Assembly: GCA_977862235.1 (NCBI GenBank)
Contig: OZ374557.1
Location: forward strand, 2,728,001 to 2,792,000
Direction: 5' to 3'
Origin: Dudresnaya verticillata
Lineage: Eukaryota
Length of the DNA stretch: 64,000 bases
A program made the translations under genes and the position numbers. Every line of letters starts with the position of its first letter. Positions within the stretch are counted from its first letter, which is position 1. Positions 1 through 11,377 of the stretch are shown here, piece after piece. The notes under the pieces were generated by a model, which saw only the letters and a list, made by a program, of their open reading frames with translations, had not been told where the DNA came from and did no database searches.

Positions 1-106
1 GGTGTGCCATATGCGAAGACGAGTGTATGTAGACGACTGAAGCGGATTAAGAAGACATGGAGTAAGAACACTTCTTACTAAGCAAACGCCGTTAGTGTGT
101 AAAAGC

Positions 107-1516
107 CTAACGTAGACCGCCACAAGAGCCGCGAGGTCTCTTCCGTGGCAAAATCCTGCTGCAGACAGGCTCTTGCCTTGATGCGTGAGTACTGCCACAA
201 GTGTGCAACACACGTGAAGGAAAGCGTGTTTGCAGTATTTGAAGCCTCTGCATATAAGCCACCGCCGCTGGGATTAGACAGACGTGTTTTCGTGAAAAGC
301 CTTTCACCCACAACCCTTTCCAAGAAGTGACGCGGGAAAGCGCGACGTAAGCTTGCCCAGGTTTCCAAGAACCGGGGGCTGTGAAATCAATTGCCACATG
401 ACGAAGAGTCAAGCCTTGTGACCTATGCACAGTCAGTGCGTACGCAGGGACGAAAGCGAATTGGGAACGCGTTGCTACAATGTTTGCCAAACGGTCTCTG
501 ACATGGAAGTTGTGCGGGGCTACTATGCTTTCGAGACCTGTCTGTGCATGTTTGATTTTGATCCGCTCAATTCGCCCATTGGATTCGCACTCAACGTCGA
601 GGACCGTAGCGCGATCTCCAGGAAGAAAACTCGCTATTTTGCGAGTGAGGAGCACTTGGCAGCCTTTCGCAACTCGCACCAATTTCTCCGCAGTGCCGTC
701 TAGACTGCACTTTCCCTGTGACTCTTGTTCGGGTTTTCATAACTGTCTCTCGCAATATTCTCATAGATAGTAGTTCCCAACTCAGAGAGAGCTTTGTCAT
801 TCTTCTGCTGGACCTGTCGACGATATCGAAAGAGAACAGTGTGTGTCGCCGGTGGATGGATGCAGTCTACTGAAGTTTTGTTTAGTTCACAAATGTCATT
901 ACCTGTCATTGTGTTCTTTCGGACGCGTTGCAGTAGGTTGAACAACTTCTCGTCACCTTTCTGACGGTGGTTGTGCGAAAGACATGCAACTGCGCCAGTT
1001 CCAAGACCACCGAACGTCATAATCCACGTCCAAAGCACGAAAAATCGTTCCGTTTTCTTCCAAAGTGGCATCCTTATGTCCAATGGGTTCCAACTGAAAT
1101 GGATCCCCCGCCACTATCACCTGTCTCCTTCCAAACGGAAAACAACTCCACCTATCGTCATCTGTAAGTCTTCTCAGCACATAGTCCATCGCCTCGAAAA
1201 TTGCAGCGGTGATCTGAGTTATTTCATCCAATACAAGTACTTTCATGCGACGAAGTTCCATTTCTCGTTCCCCGTGCTGCAAGACGAAAGTAAGAAGCTG
1301 TGGGCCATTGAACGGCCAATTTGATGGAGCGCAGAAGAGCCTGCATATTGTCATTCCCTCCATTACGGAAGCTGCAGCATTTGTCTGTGCACAAGCGCAG
1401 ACAACAGGGTACTGTCCAGTTGTAACGCTTGCCTCTCGCAACATGCAGTGAAGCAGAAACGTCTTTCCACAACCCCCGCCCCCGAGGAGGGCTACAGAGA
1501 GTCCTTTATTGAACAC
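107..1516 (-). pseudogene. Pif1-family SF1B DNA helicase, split by two frameshifts (ORFs 953-1516, 700-1083, 107-682)
   Basis: Motifs in order: Walker A GGGGCGKT, CAQTNAAA, Walker B VLDEIT, AGDPFQLEP, NHRQKGD, AYALTVHRSQGLTL, GQAYVALSRV. Short upstream ORFs (1506-2054) may be further N-terminal pieces. Confidence 0.9.
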
Positions 1517-2585
1517 TGAAAAGCAACAAAGTTGAACGGGTCCAAGTTCTCCTTCCCGACATTCGCATTTGCGAGATCATTGTCGTTTCTGTTCCCCGAA
1601 GCTTGGGATGGCATGAAAAGAGCGCAATTACCAGTACTGGAGTATGAAAAAGCCGCTGCGGGAGTCGGGGGGTAAGAGGATGAGATAAAGGGGAGGACAA
1701 AGGGGAAAAGGATGTTTACAAGGCCAGCGTCTCGCTACAGATGGGGAATAGAGGATCGGATCGATACGAAAGAGCCTACCCCTAAACTTGGGGCCTTTAC
1801 CCCGCGATAAAATCTTCGGAATCCTAAGCCATCGCAACATACCGTTTCGGTTCGGAATGTTTTGGCGGGAGACGGGTATAACCCTGGTGTTCTCGCTCCA
1901 TACCAAGTACCACCCAGCTCAGCAAGAGGGATGGAAAAGAGACCTGTGCATCGTCGACCCTCATCCTCATTGGTACTTTATTGTTCCCTTCCGTTGTGTA
2001 GTCGTGTAGCGAGCCAATAATGGATTGGATTGGATTGCAATCCAATAATGACATAATGAGAATATAGGTTCAAAGCGGTGATGTCGCATATGTGTGTTAT
2101 ATCTGACACAGCGGTTCAATCCATTTGATAATTTATTTTTAGCTGCATCTGGATGCATGCATCCACCTTGAGATAATTAAATCCATTTTCTTGCAAGGAA
2201 AAATTATACAACAGCAAAACATCGGGCCACGCGCGTCTCTTGGCTCTTGTCTGCTACCCTGCGACACCGTCTGGCAATGAAGAAAACAATCCGTTACACA
2301 TCAATGGGACACGGTGCAGGCCTGATGTCCCCGGTGCGGTGTACCTTCATCTCTGTCTGTCGTTGGTGCATCCACGTTGCAACGTCTCAACGACTGTTTC
2401 TGGTATTGATCTCCAAAAGATCTGGAGTAGGAGGTTGTGGCATACCTAGACACTTACTTATACTTATACACACACAGACGTTGTAGTAGTGAGAGATCCA
2501 CAGAGATAAGCCTACCCCTTAGTAGAAACAACTGTCAATACCATAGCTCGAGTAAAGCCCCCCCCGGTGTGACGATAAGGAAGAT

Positions 2586-5500
2586 GTGTGGACGACAGAC
2601 GAGGCGATGGGTCTGCTCGACTTCATGTCGTCATCGCATGTATCGGGGGACGGAATGGGACATGCGAGGCCTGCTCGAGCAACGAGACGAGCAACAAGAT
2701 GTTATCTCAAATCTTGGGCCTTGGACATGAAAGAAGTTTGTGCTATAGCAGAAGGCTGGTTAGGGCACGTCATCGCAGACGATGAATTCGTTCCTCCATC
2801 CTTGCGGGCAGGTGATTCCCCTTTCGAGAATATAACATTCCAACCAATGTATCAGGGGAGGCCGGGTACAAAGCATGGGAACGGGGGACGTCCACCGGAA
2901 GGTGATCCTCGAGAACGTCGAGAGACTTTAAGAAATAATCTGAGACAACTGTTTGGGCGCGAAATTATCAAGACATGCGGAGGAACTATTAACGATGTGC
3001 TGTTGAGACTTCAAGAAACTCAGCTCTTGTTTCGTGAGTGTTGGGAGGAAGAAGTTCGTTCCTTCCTAACCGACCTTGACAAGGAGAAGCATAAGGTTTC
3101 TATGATTGAGGTGGTAAATGCACCACTATTCGTGGTTTGCATAAGAATTGTATATTCCCAAGTAGGCGTACTTGAGGCAAAAGTGATGGACCGCCATGCC
3201 ATTTGCATTTGGCTCGACACAGACGGGATTCTATTCTGCACTTGTGTTGGAGAGACTGCTCAGCGCATCCGTGATTGCGTAGGACGAACAGAAGAAACCT
3301 AATGCATTCATGTTGAAGCTATTGCAAGTGTCCTGACGTCTTTACAGAACGCACTGGGTTGTAATTACGCGGATTGTTCAAGGCTTTTCGCAAGCTTGTT
3401 TGGTAACGGTCTTGAGAAACATTATCGGGAACAGTGCCCGAAGTACTACGATATGCACGACGGGAAGATTGTCGTCATCTCGTCTACACGCCAATCGAAC
3501 ACGATGGAATTCGCACCTATTAGGGTCATTGAAAAGGGGAGTTTCTATAAGTGCGCCTTTTATGATGCGCGCCGCGGTGGATGCCATCATACAGAAACGG
3601 CTACTCGGCTAAGGAAACAAACGCTCGTGAATGAGGAAGAAGAAATTGCGGAGATATCTATAGAAGAAGTCGAATCGCACCAAAAAGAGTTCGTTCCTGT
3701 GGCGGGCGGAGTTATTAGCTCCAGTGCCCCTTTTCGAGGAGAATCTATCGGGATGCATGCATCCAGTTCTGCAGGAGAGACAGGAGTTTCTGCGGGGATG
3801 CATGCATCCATATCTGGCGGAGACACAGCGGAACGGAGACAGAAGACGGGAAACGTCACGAAGTCACGACCTCCTATATCATATCTTCCTGTGTCACCAG
3901 TTAATTGCACAAGAGCGTTGTTGGTAGACCGGTTCGTTGAGAACTGTTGTCTGCAGAAAGGAGCTTTTTTGATTCGTGCCCCTCCGCACTGCGGATACTG
4001 CAACACCCAGACAGCATCTGGAAAAAAGAAAGTTCACAACAAGGGGGTCATACATTGCACATACGGCCCGTATAGAATGCATGTCGAAGAAGTCACTTGC
4101 CCGAAATGTGACAGAAGTGTATTCGCAGAAGGTAGAGACTGTTGTGTGGTGCTAACATCCCTCTGCACAGCTGCAACACATGCCTGGTTACGAGCCGAAA
4201 TAACTGGCGTGGCACAGGGGAACGGTACATTTTCAGGAAGACTAAGACAGTACCATTCCCAGGCTATTTCTAAGATACTGGCAGACATTCTGCCAAGTCA
4301 TACACCGCCGAGGTCTGTAGAAGGGTTATATCTTCTCTGCCGCTGCATGCTTCGACTAATGACTTTGGAACCCATCCCGGAATTGTTTCACTGCCATACT
4401 TGTGAAGGAAGTGAAACCATCCCAGCTCTTTGTATTGATGGCATTCAACAGGGTTTCATCAAATCAAAACAAGTCAAGTTGCAGAACATTTCGGAAAGGT
4501 GTGATCCCCTTCCATCTGCAGACACAGCTTCCTCTCAGTCTAGTAGACCACTCACGGGTCTTCTTAGAAGAGAGGGAACCGCCTCAATTTTGCTCACAGC
4601 AGTCAAGGGAAATACTATCTTTTGCAAAACTCCAGAAGATGCAAAGAACATATCCATGTGCGTGCGACTAATCTCTGGAGATGTGTTACCTCCAACGTTT
4701 TGCACATCCTCCATATGTGGCAAAACACATAACGATTACAACCGGGATATTGGAGATAACAACTTCGTAATGGCCTTTAGAGAGTTGCATGTCGCAATAC
4801 TACACAAAGACACATTTCTCTTCAGACTATTACAACCTCTCCATACGTATATATCCGAAGAAACCGTGAAAGGAAATACTGAGCTTTTGAATCGGTTGCG
4901 TGCAAGCGGACGACAGTCAAAACGGAGTCGAACCGGAAGAATTCGTCTGAGAGGGCAGCCGGCTTTCCTAGACAAAATCGCACCAGTACTTCAGCGTTTA
5001 CTAGGACCGACATACTCTTCTCTAATTTTACAGGGCTCTTGTATGCGGAAAGAGTTGACTAATGCTTGAAAACTGGACCGTTTGAAGGACATCACCACAT
5101 TATATTACATGCTTGCACAAGGACCACTGGTACAGTTCGTCAGAGTGACAGATATTGCATCTCTGCGTCACCTTGCACGCATATGTTTATCTTCTCATTA
5201 TGCTCCATTGCTGGAGGTTATTCGGTCGCCGCTAAAACTATGCAACTCTGCTGGCAACACTAACGTACTTAGGGGCAACAAAGCTTTGAGAGCTGCTTTA
5301 CTCACGACCTACGAAATTGAATCCCGCAGTGAGTTTGAAAATATCGGTTTCTCTTTGCGACAGGGTCTCGGACATATGTTCATGGCAGCAGCCAGCTGCG
5401 TATTCGACTTCTACTCGTTTTACTCCAACTGCACGCCTCGGCCACACTCTGCAGCAAAATATGCAGCTGCATGGGCTTCTACCGATACCCGCACATTGAT

Positions 5501-6143
5501 TGCAGGAATGAAGTCTTACCCGAAGCCGCCTTCCGCTATTCTTGAATATGCTTTGAAGAGTGGAAACTACTTCCCGGGGAGGGATCAAGTACGTCCGCTC
5601 CCGTTCAACCCAGAACAGGAAAGTGCAGAAAGAGATTCTCCACTTGGGCCTTGTTCCAAAAACTTCTACAAGACGCAGGATTACTACACCCCTGGCGCTA
5701 TGACTATCACATGCTCTTGTCCCCATCCAATAACGTTCGGCACAAAGGTGCTCTACCGGCACGAAGGCGCAAAGGTCGTATTGGATATGGTGCTGTCAAG
5801 GTTCGCAAAGATGCCGCGGTTCATTGTTTACGATTTTTCCTGTGGGCTATTCCGCAGTGCCGCGCATACGCTGTGGTGGGCACTGAAGGATACTACAATT
5901 GTGTCGGATAGATTCCACGACAGTAACCACAAGCATTACTCTCCATCGTTTTCACCTTACGTCTACAAAGACTTGGACTGCACCAATACCGTGTCGCATG
6001 AACAGAGAAACAGCGGAATCAGGCTCTTATCTCGGTCCCTCCGCAATTGTAGTCATGAAGTTTATGTCACACTGCTCGCCTTTCAAAGCATTGTGAACAA
6101 CATTCGAGCGAAGGCGAAGAGTTCACTTCCGTATGCTGTATGA
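2586..6143 (+). pseudogene. KDZ/Zisupton-type (HMGXB3-like) transposase with SWIM and CxC zinc clusters; one frame with two in-frame stops
   Basis: ORFs 2586-3302, 3396-5069 and 5082-6143 share one frame (stops TAA 3300, TGA 5067). SWIM-like CTC...CIH spans the first stop. Other motifs: CGYC...CPKC, FHCHTC...CIDG, SGNYFPGR, CSKNF...TPGAMTITCSCPH, IVYDFSC, SDRFHDSNH, HEQRNS. Confidence 0.8.
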
Positions 6144-7300
6144 GAAAAAAATTACAAAGACTTCGACTTGGAGCGGTCTTACTTCAACTGTTTAAACTAC
6201 AAATGTTGTTGTTGTATGCCTGATGGTTCTCCAGTGATGCAATAATACATACAACTATAGGTAATAAAGTAATCCTTCTCAGAGCTCTGACGACAGATGT
6301 GTCATAGGATGCATGCATCCATCCCATCACCTTGTGCAAGAAAGCAATCGTTTTTGAAGATTCGCCAAAAATCCTGCAGTAAGTCATATATGGAATGATT
6401 CTCAACCTACACTACTGTTTCGTGTTTCCTAAAGTGAGTTACCTTTACATTCCTACTGGATGCATGCATCCACCATATGGTGTGGTGGATGCATCCAACA
6501 CACGCCACCATCTACGCCGCCTGTTCGGTTCCATGCCGTGTAGCACGGTAAAGGGGATTGCAATGAATGCATGGGAACTATACACACCAAATAAATAAGT
6601 TCAGATGGAGCTGATGCACTCTGCAACTGCACGATACTGCCTTGACTGAACATTTATTTGTACGGTTTTGTAAAGCCGGCATTTATGGCGAGTTCTGGAA
6701 ACAACCGAAACGACAAGGACCTGGAAACAACCACCGATAAAGCAATATTCTTTCTCATGTTGACAAGTTTTTTACTTTGTTGGCATGTTCACTTCATTCT
6801 ATTTATGTGAGCAGCTTCGGGCATAGGAAAATTGCGGCCCAAACCGATTACGATTAATCGCAATGGGTGGGGCCGCAATTTCAGTTCCAGTAAAGACATG
6901 ATTGGGTAATTGGTCCCTGCGCGATATATCGATATACGATTGCTGGGAGTGTTGGGCCGACCGGCCACGCATCTTCCAATGATCATCACGTGCACGTGAA
7001 TAAAGTAACGCACACTTTTGGTGGCAGACAGCGCCTTCATCGAGATTGATCAATCTGTCGGCCAGCCTTCCGCATCAATACAGAATTCCGCTGGCCGCTC
7101 GAAGGCTTCAAAAACCACACATCTCCCTTCCCCGCCCACCCCGCCCTCCCCGCCCACCTGCCCCCCCAGCCCGCTCAACGACGGCCAACGACGCCCACCT
7201 TCGGCACAATCACCCACCACCGCCTACAGACTGACCTGCGGCACCACCACCCATTCGCACCTACCTACCGCCGCTCACGGACGCCTACGAAGCCCGCGCT

Positions 7301-8847
7301 ATGGTGAACCCGAGGAGCCGCGCTGCGACGCGTCCGTCGAAGCCTGACCTATACGAGCGTCAGCGTCTGCAGGAGGACTGGGATCTGTACATCCCTCCGG
7401 AGGAGGCCGACTGTCATTCACCGCTCATGACCCCTCAGCCATCGGAGGGGCGGTAATAATTGTGGAAAGCGATGAAGAAGGACCCATCGATGGGAATCGA
7501 GCCGAAGAAAATGAAGAGGTCACCGCTGACCAGGTTGACGAGGTTAGGGCTGACCGCATCTCTACGTGTGGTCGCATGGAGGCTCCCGATACTGGGAGTA
7601 GCACGGCGGGGCCCTCTGCCCCACAGTCCTCAACCACCAACACTGCCTGTGTCGACAAAGGAATCGCTGGTAAGCGGAGATCTCACCAACGTCCCGCTAC
7701 TAGTCCAGAGCACGGGAGTAAGCGACCGGCGCGAAGGCACGGCGCAACCCCAAATGCTGCCTTGGTTAAGGTGAAGAAGGAGATTTCTTTAAACAGAGCA
7801 CCCGTCGCGGCACACCCAACTTCCCGGCCGGCTGGCGGTGTCAACGTACAGAAGAAGGAACTCGCCGTCGTGAAGAAGGAAGGTGGGAATCATCGCAACC
7901 CAGACACAGATATGATGACGAAGACGCTCACCAAAGCCGAAATCCGCTTTCTACGTGACAACGTCTCGGATTTTAGAGTTCTGGGCGTTGATGTTTCGGA
8001 GGAGGACATAGATGGTCTTCGCCAGATGGAGGGGTGGTGTTCAGACGTTATAATAGACGCGTTCTCCATGCGCCTGAACTCCCGAAATGTGGCAAGGGTG
8101 TCCAAGGATGCTTCCTCGCAGAAGGTCTTCTGCTTCTCAGTCTTCTTCTTCGACCTCCTTCTCCGACGCTCCAACATTTCCGACCGCATGGAAAGAGAGA
8201 GAATTGCGACGGCACCCGAGAATTCGGACGCTGCGGCTGCAGCGGATGTGCCGGGCAATGACAGCGATTCTGCGCATGATGTGGACGCGGAGGAGCTGAT
8301 TCGGCGACAAACTTCACACCCAAGGATGCCATCAACGTGGGGTGGAGATGATGACCCGTATGACTACTTCTGGGTAAAGAAGGTGATGCAGCGTTCTGCC
8401 ACGAGTTTGGGAACGGTGGATATTCTAATGTGGCCAGTCATCATCTCCAGGATGCATTGGGTGCTGATATTCGGCGACTTGCGCGATGGCACATTCTACA
8501 TTTACGACTCCCTCAAGCTGGAAACTGCTGAGAAGCTGAATCTGGTTGCCGCGGCACAGCGATACGTCAACGACGAGGCTCGTTCCAGAGGTGTTCCGGA
8601 GTTCACGTTCAGCTCAAAGGTCATTATGACTGATCCGGCTTACCCAGACCAGACGGATTCTGGGTCCTGTGCCGTCTTCGTCATGTGGGTTATGGAATCT
8701 CTCGAGCGCAAATGTAAACCGTCTTTCAAGCAAGAAGATATTGCTGTTCTACGCGCACGCACAGAGCTGTTCCTGAGAACTAGTCGCATATGGCTTATGG
8801 GTAAGAGGAAGAGACCTAGGATACGGACTGAGGCGAAGGCGAAGTAG
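7301..8847 (+). CDS. Ulp1/SENP-type SUMO protease (peptidase C48) with a long disordered N-terminus
   Basis: ORF 7462-8847 has WCSDVIIDAF, HWVL (His), YIYDSL (Asp) and QTDSGSCAVFV (Gln, Cys). The probable start is ATG 7301, joined by a -1 frameshift at GGGG 7447-7450. Confidence 0.85.
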
Positions 8848-9065
8848 TGTATACATTGTGTTTGCACACAAGGGATCTTCTTGCTGTGATTTATGTCTTG
8901 TATTGTAGCGCTTCTCCAACGCTAACTCTTCTCGACTCCTTCCTGTTGCTGAAATGCAACAATAATTAAAGCTTTGAGCATAACTCGTGTAACAACCAAT
9001 TGCGCGTCATACCGAGCATGCGTACGATTCGCGGCTATCGTTCAAAACATGGCTGCAGTTCAATT

Positions 9066-9520
9066 TGCACCCATGGATGCACTGCATCCACCCCTCATTT
9101 CTGGGCTGATAATCCATGCCGCATAATGTGCAGCATGGATGCAGTGCATCCACCCCTCATTTCCGGGTTTCGATTTTGCAAAATGCATGGAGGCAGTGCA
9201 TCCACCCATTATTTATGCAGAAATGAGGGGTGACCCGTTCTGCCCATGAGTTATGCAGCATGGATGCAATACATCCACCCATCATTTCTGGGATTCGGTA
9301 CTGCAGCAGGGGTGGATGCATTGCATCCACCCCTCATTTCTGGGTTTCAGTTTTGCAGCAGGGGTGGATGCAATGCATCCACCCCTCATTTCTCGGTTAT
9401 GCAGCATGGATGCCCTGCATCCACCCCTCTTTTCCGGGTTTCGGTTTTGCAGAATGCATGGATGCAGTGCATCCACCCTTCATGTCTGAGATATGCAGCA
9501 TGGATGCAGTTCATTCACGC
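9066..9520. repeat. Tandem array of ~9 imperfect units (about 42-73 bp) built on the palindrome TGGATGCAnTGCATCCA followed by CCCCTCATTTC
   Basis: Units read directly, starting near 9072, 9134, 9186, 9259, 9310, 9361, 9405, 9457 and 9499. The array lies between the convergent 3' ends of the Ulp1 gene and ORF 9674-11377. Confidence 0.9.
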
Positions 9521-9673
9521 GTCATTCATACCTGCAGGCAGGAGACCTTTCATAACTATTGCGATTCAGTCGGGTTGCAGTCGACTGCACGGATCGGGTT
9601 GCAGCCTCGGTGGTTGCGACCGCTGCTAGGATGAACCGCATCTCGTCAGATTTTATTGGAACCCTAGAGGTGT

Positions 9674-11377
9674 TCAAGAATTGTCGATCAGGTCTTTGTG
9701 CCAGAAAAATGCAACGGCGTTGGATAGATCAGACACCTTCTTCGGAAAGAATGCGTCGCTGTAGAAATGCTGCTCCCTGTACTTTCCAAGTTGGTTTGTA
9801 TGGTACCATTCAGGGAACATATACGGAATGTTCCCGGTTGCAGCGCCTCCTATTGGCTCAAAGTTGAATAAAAGCACGGCATTGCTAATGTCGTGGTCCA
9901 GACCATCCCCACTGCATGCTCTTGGAGGCTTTTCTTCTGCAGGAGCAACGAGGTTTCCTCGAACAAAAATGGCAGAGCCAATTCTCTCAAACTCCGCTCG
10001 CAGAAATACCCTCCCAATACGGCCCTTGGCAACGAAATAGGGCGTTGATAAGATATTGGTAGGAGAAAGGTCTTGGGAGAATGGGTCGTCTACTGACTCA
10101 TTCCCTTCTTTCTCCTTCAAGCGGACGATGACGCATTCTCCAGGGACAGCTCGGCCAAGTAAGAAAGAACTGAATGGATCCACGCTGCCACATCCCAATA
10201 AACAATTTCTTTCGTCGTCATTGTAGACATTCACAGTAGCCTGTGGATCAAACACACAGGTGCCACTGGCAGGGCGATTGCATGTCATCCATTGCTGGCA
10301 ACCATAAGGTTCGAATCCTTTCAGGGCATACTCTCGGAGAAGCTCCCGAACTTGCAGGTAAGGAGGTCCAGTTAATAAGAGAACAGCGATGATAGCCAGG
10401 TTTTTGGCCTTTGAGTTCCGAGACGCTTTCTCTATCTCCATATGTATCCCTCTGGCAGGACCATCAATATATATTGGTGGCCCGCCAACTACCTTTCTAG
10501 ACAAAACCATGGACGGCAACCATACCTTCTTCATTCTGAGCTGAACTGGAAGTAGAGATGCATACCGAATACCAAAGGTTTTTCTGCCATTCGACTTCAA
10601 GTGATCCAAATTGTTATCAAGTAACCTCTTCACAACACTAGCACAGTACACAGTAGTTGCCCTGTCCATGTTACTTCTCTTTGAACCCATGTGCGCGGTG
10701 CATCCTACAGCGTCCAACATTAATGACAAGCATTCCGCCATTACACCAATTGGAACAGTGTACTCGACAGGTTGAATAGAAGTTCTAGGTGACGGAGCAA
10801 TACCAGACGGTGTTTCTGCAGGTGTAGATGATGAACCACGTAACAGCGTGCCAACGTCAAGTGCTTGACCGGTTGCATGTGCAGGTGGTACTATCGTCCG
10901 AGGCCGGGCTGGTGGCCCCCTTCCAGCGTCCTCTGCGGGGGGGCTGGATGCATGCATCCCTTCAGGGCCTTGATTTCGTGAAGCCCCTACTGGCTCGGCA
11001 GCCCGCCCGCCAGTCTGTCCAGATGCCCTTGGAATTGATTGAGAGGGACCGTCAGCTGGATTCGCATCCGTGGTCTGACCTGCAGGAGCACCCTCTTCGC
11101 GAACACTCCCGGGATACGGCGGACCCCACAGAGTGAAGGTAACGCCTTTTGTATTTGGTTGCCCAGGGTTCACGACCTTGCAGTAAACGCCGATAGAAAG
11201 ATTACCAAGCAATGAATCATTGCAAACTATTTGCTGCGCAGTATATGCGGCTTGAATGACCATGCTTAGCGCAGCTGCTGCCGAATCCCGCGAACTTGAT
11301 CTCACTGCTCCAAGCGCATCTCCTTCTGATCCATCAATCAAGGCATTAGCACAGGTCTGTGCTATGCTGTAGTCCAT
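9674..11377 (-). CDS. Hypothetical protein (~567 aa), probably transposon cargo
   Basis: Uninterrupted ORF (track 9674-11425; first ATG 11377). It has an N-terminal segment, a Pro/Ala/Gly-rich linker and a globular-looking C-terminal region. No family motif recognised. Confidence 0.65.
   Translation of the reverse strand: MDYSIAQTCANALIDGSEGDALGAVRSSSRDSAAAALSMVIQAAYTAQQIVCNDSLLGNLSIGVYCKVVNPGQPNTKGVTFTLWGPPYPGSVREEGAPAGQTTDANPADGPSQSIPRASGQTGGRAAEPVGASRNQGPEGMHASSPPAEDAGRGPPARPRTIVPPAHATGQALDVGTLLRGSSSTPAETPSGIAPSPRTSIQPVEYTVPIGVMAECLSLMLDAVGCTAHMGSKRSNMDRATTVYCASVVKRLLDNNLDHLKSNGRKTFGIRYASLLPVQLRMKKVWLPSMVLSRKVVGGPPIYIDGPARGIHMEIEKASRNSKAKNLAIIAVLLLTGPPYLQVRELLREYALKGFEPYGCQQWMTCNRPASGTCVFDPQATVNVYNDDERNCLLGCGSVDPFSSFLLGRAVPGECVIVRLKEKEGNESVDDPFSQDLSPTNILSTPYFVAKGRIGRVFLRAEFERIGSAIFVRGNLVAPAEEKPPRACSGDGLDHDISNAVLLFNFEPIGGAATGNIPYMFPEWYHTNQLGKYREQHFYSDAFFPKKVSDLSNAVAFFWHKDLIDNS

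Noticed and set aside
107..1516. Pif1 as the helicase half of a Helitron
   Set aside because: No Rep/HUH motifs are recognisable upstream (1.5-2.5 kb), and the only Rep fragment is 55 kb away. Not fully excluded.
9066..9520. CRISPR array
   Set aside because: The inter-repeat segments resemble each other rather than being unique spacers, the period is irregular, no cas genes are present and the context is eukaryotic.
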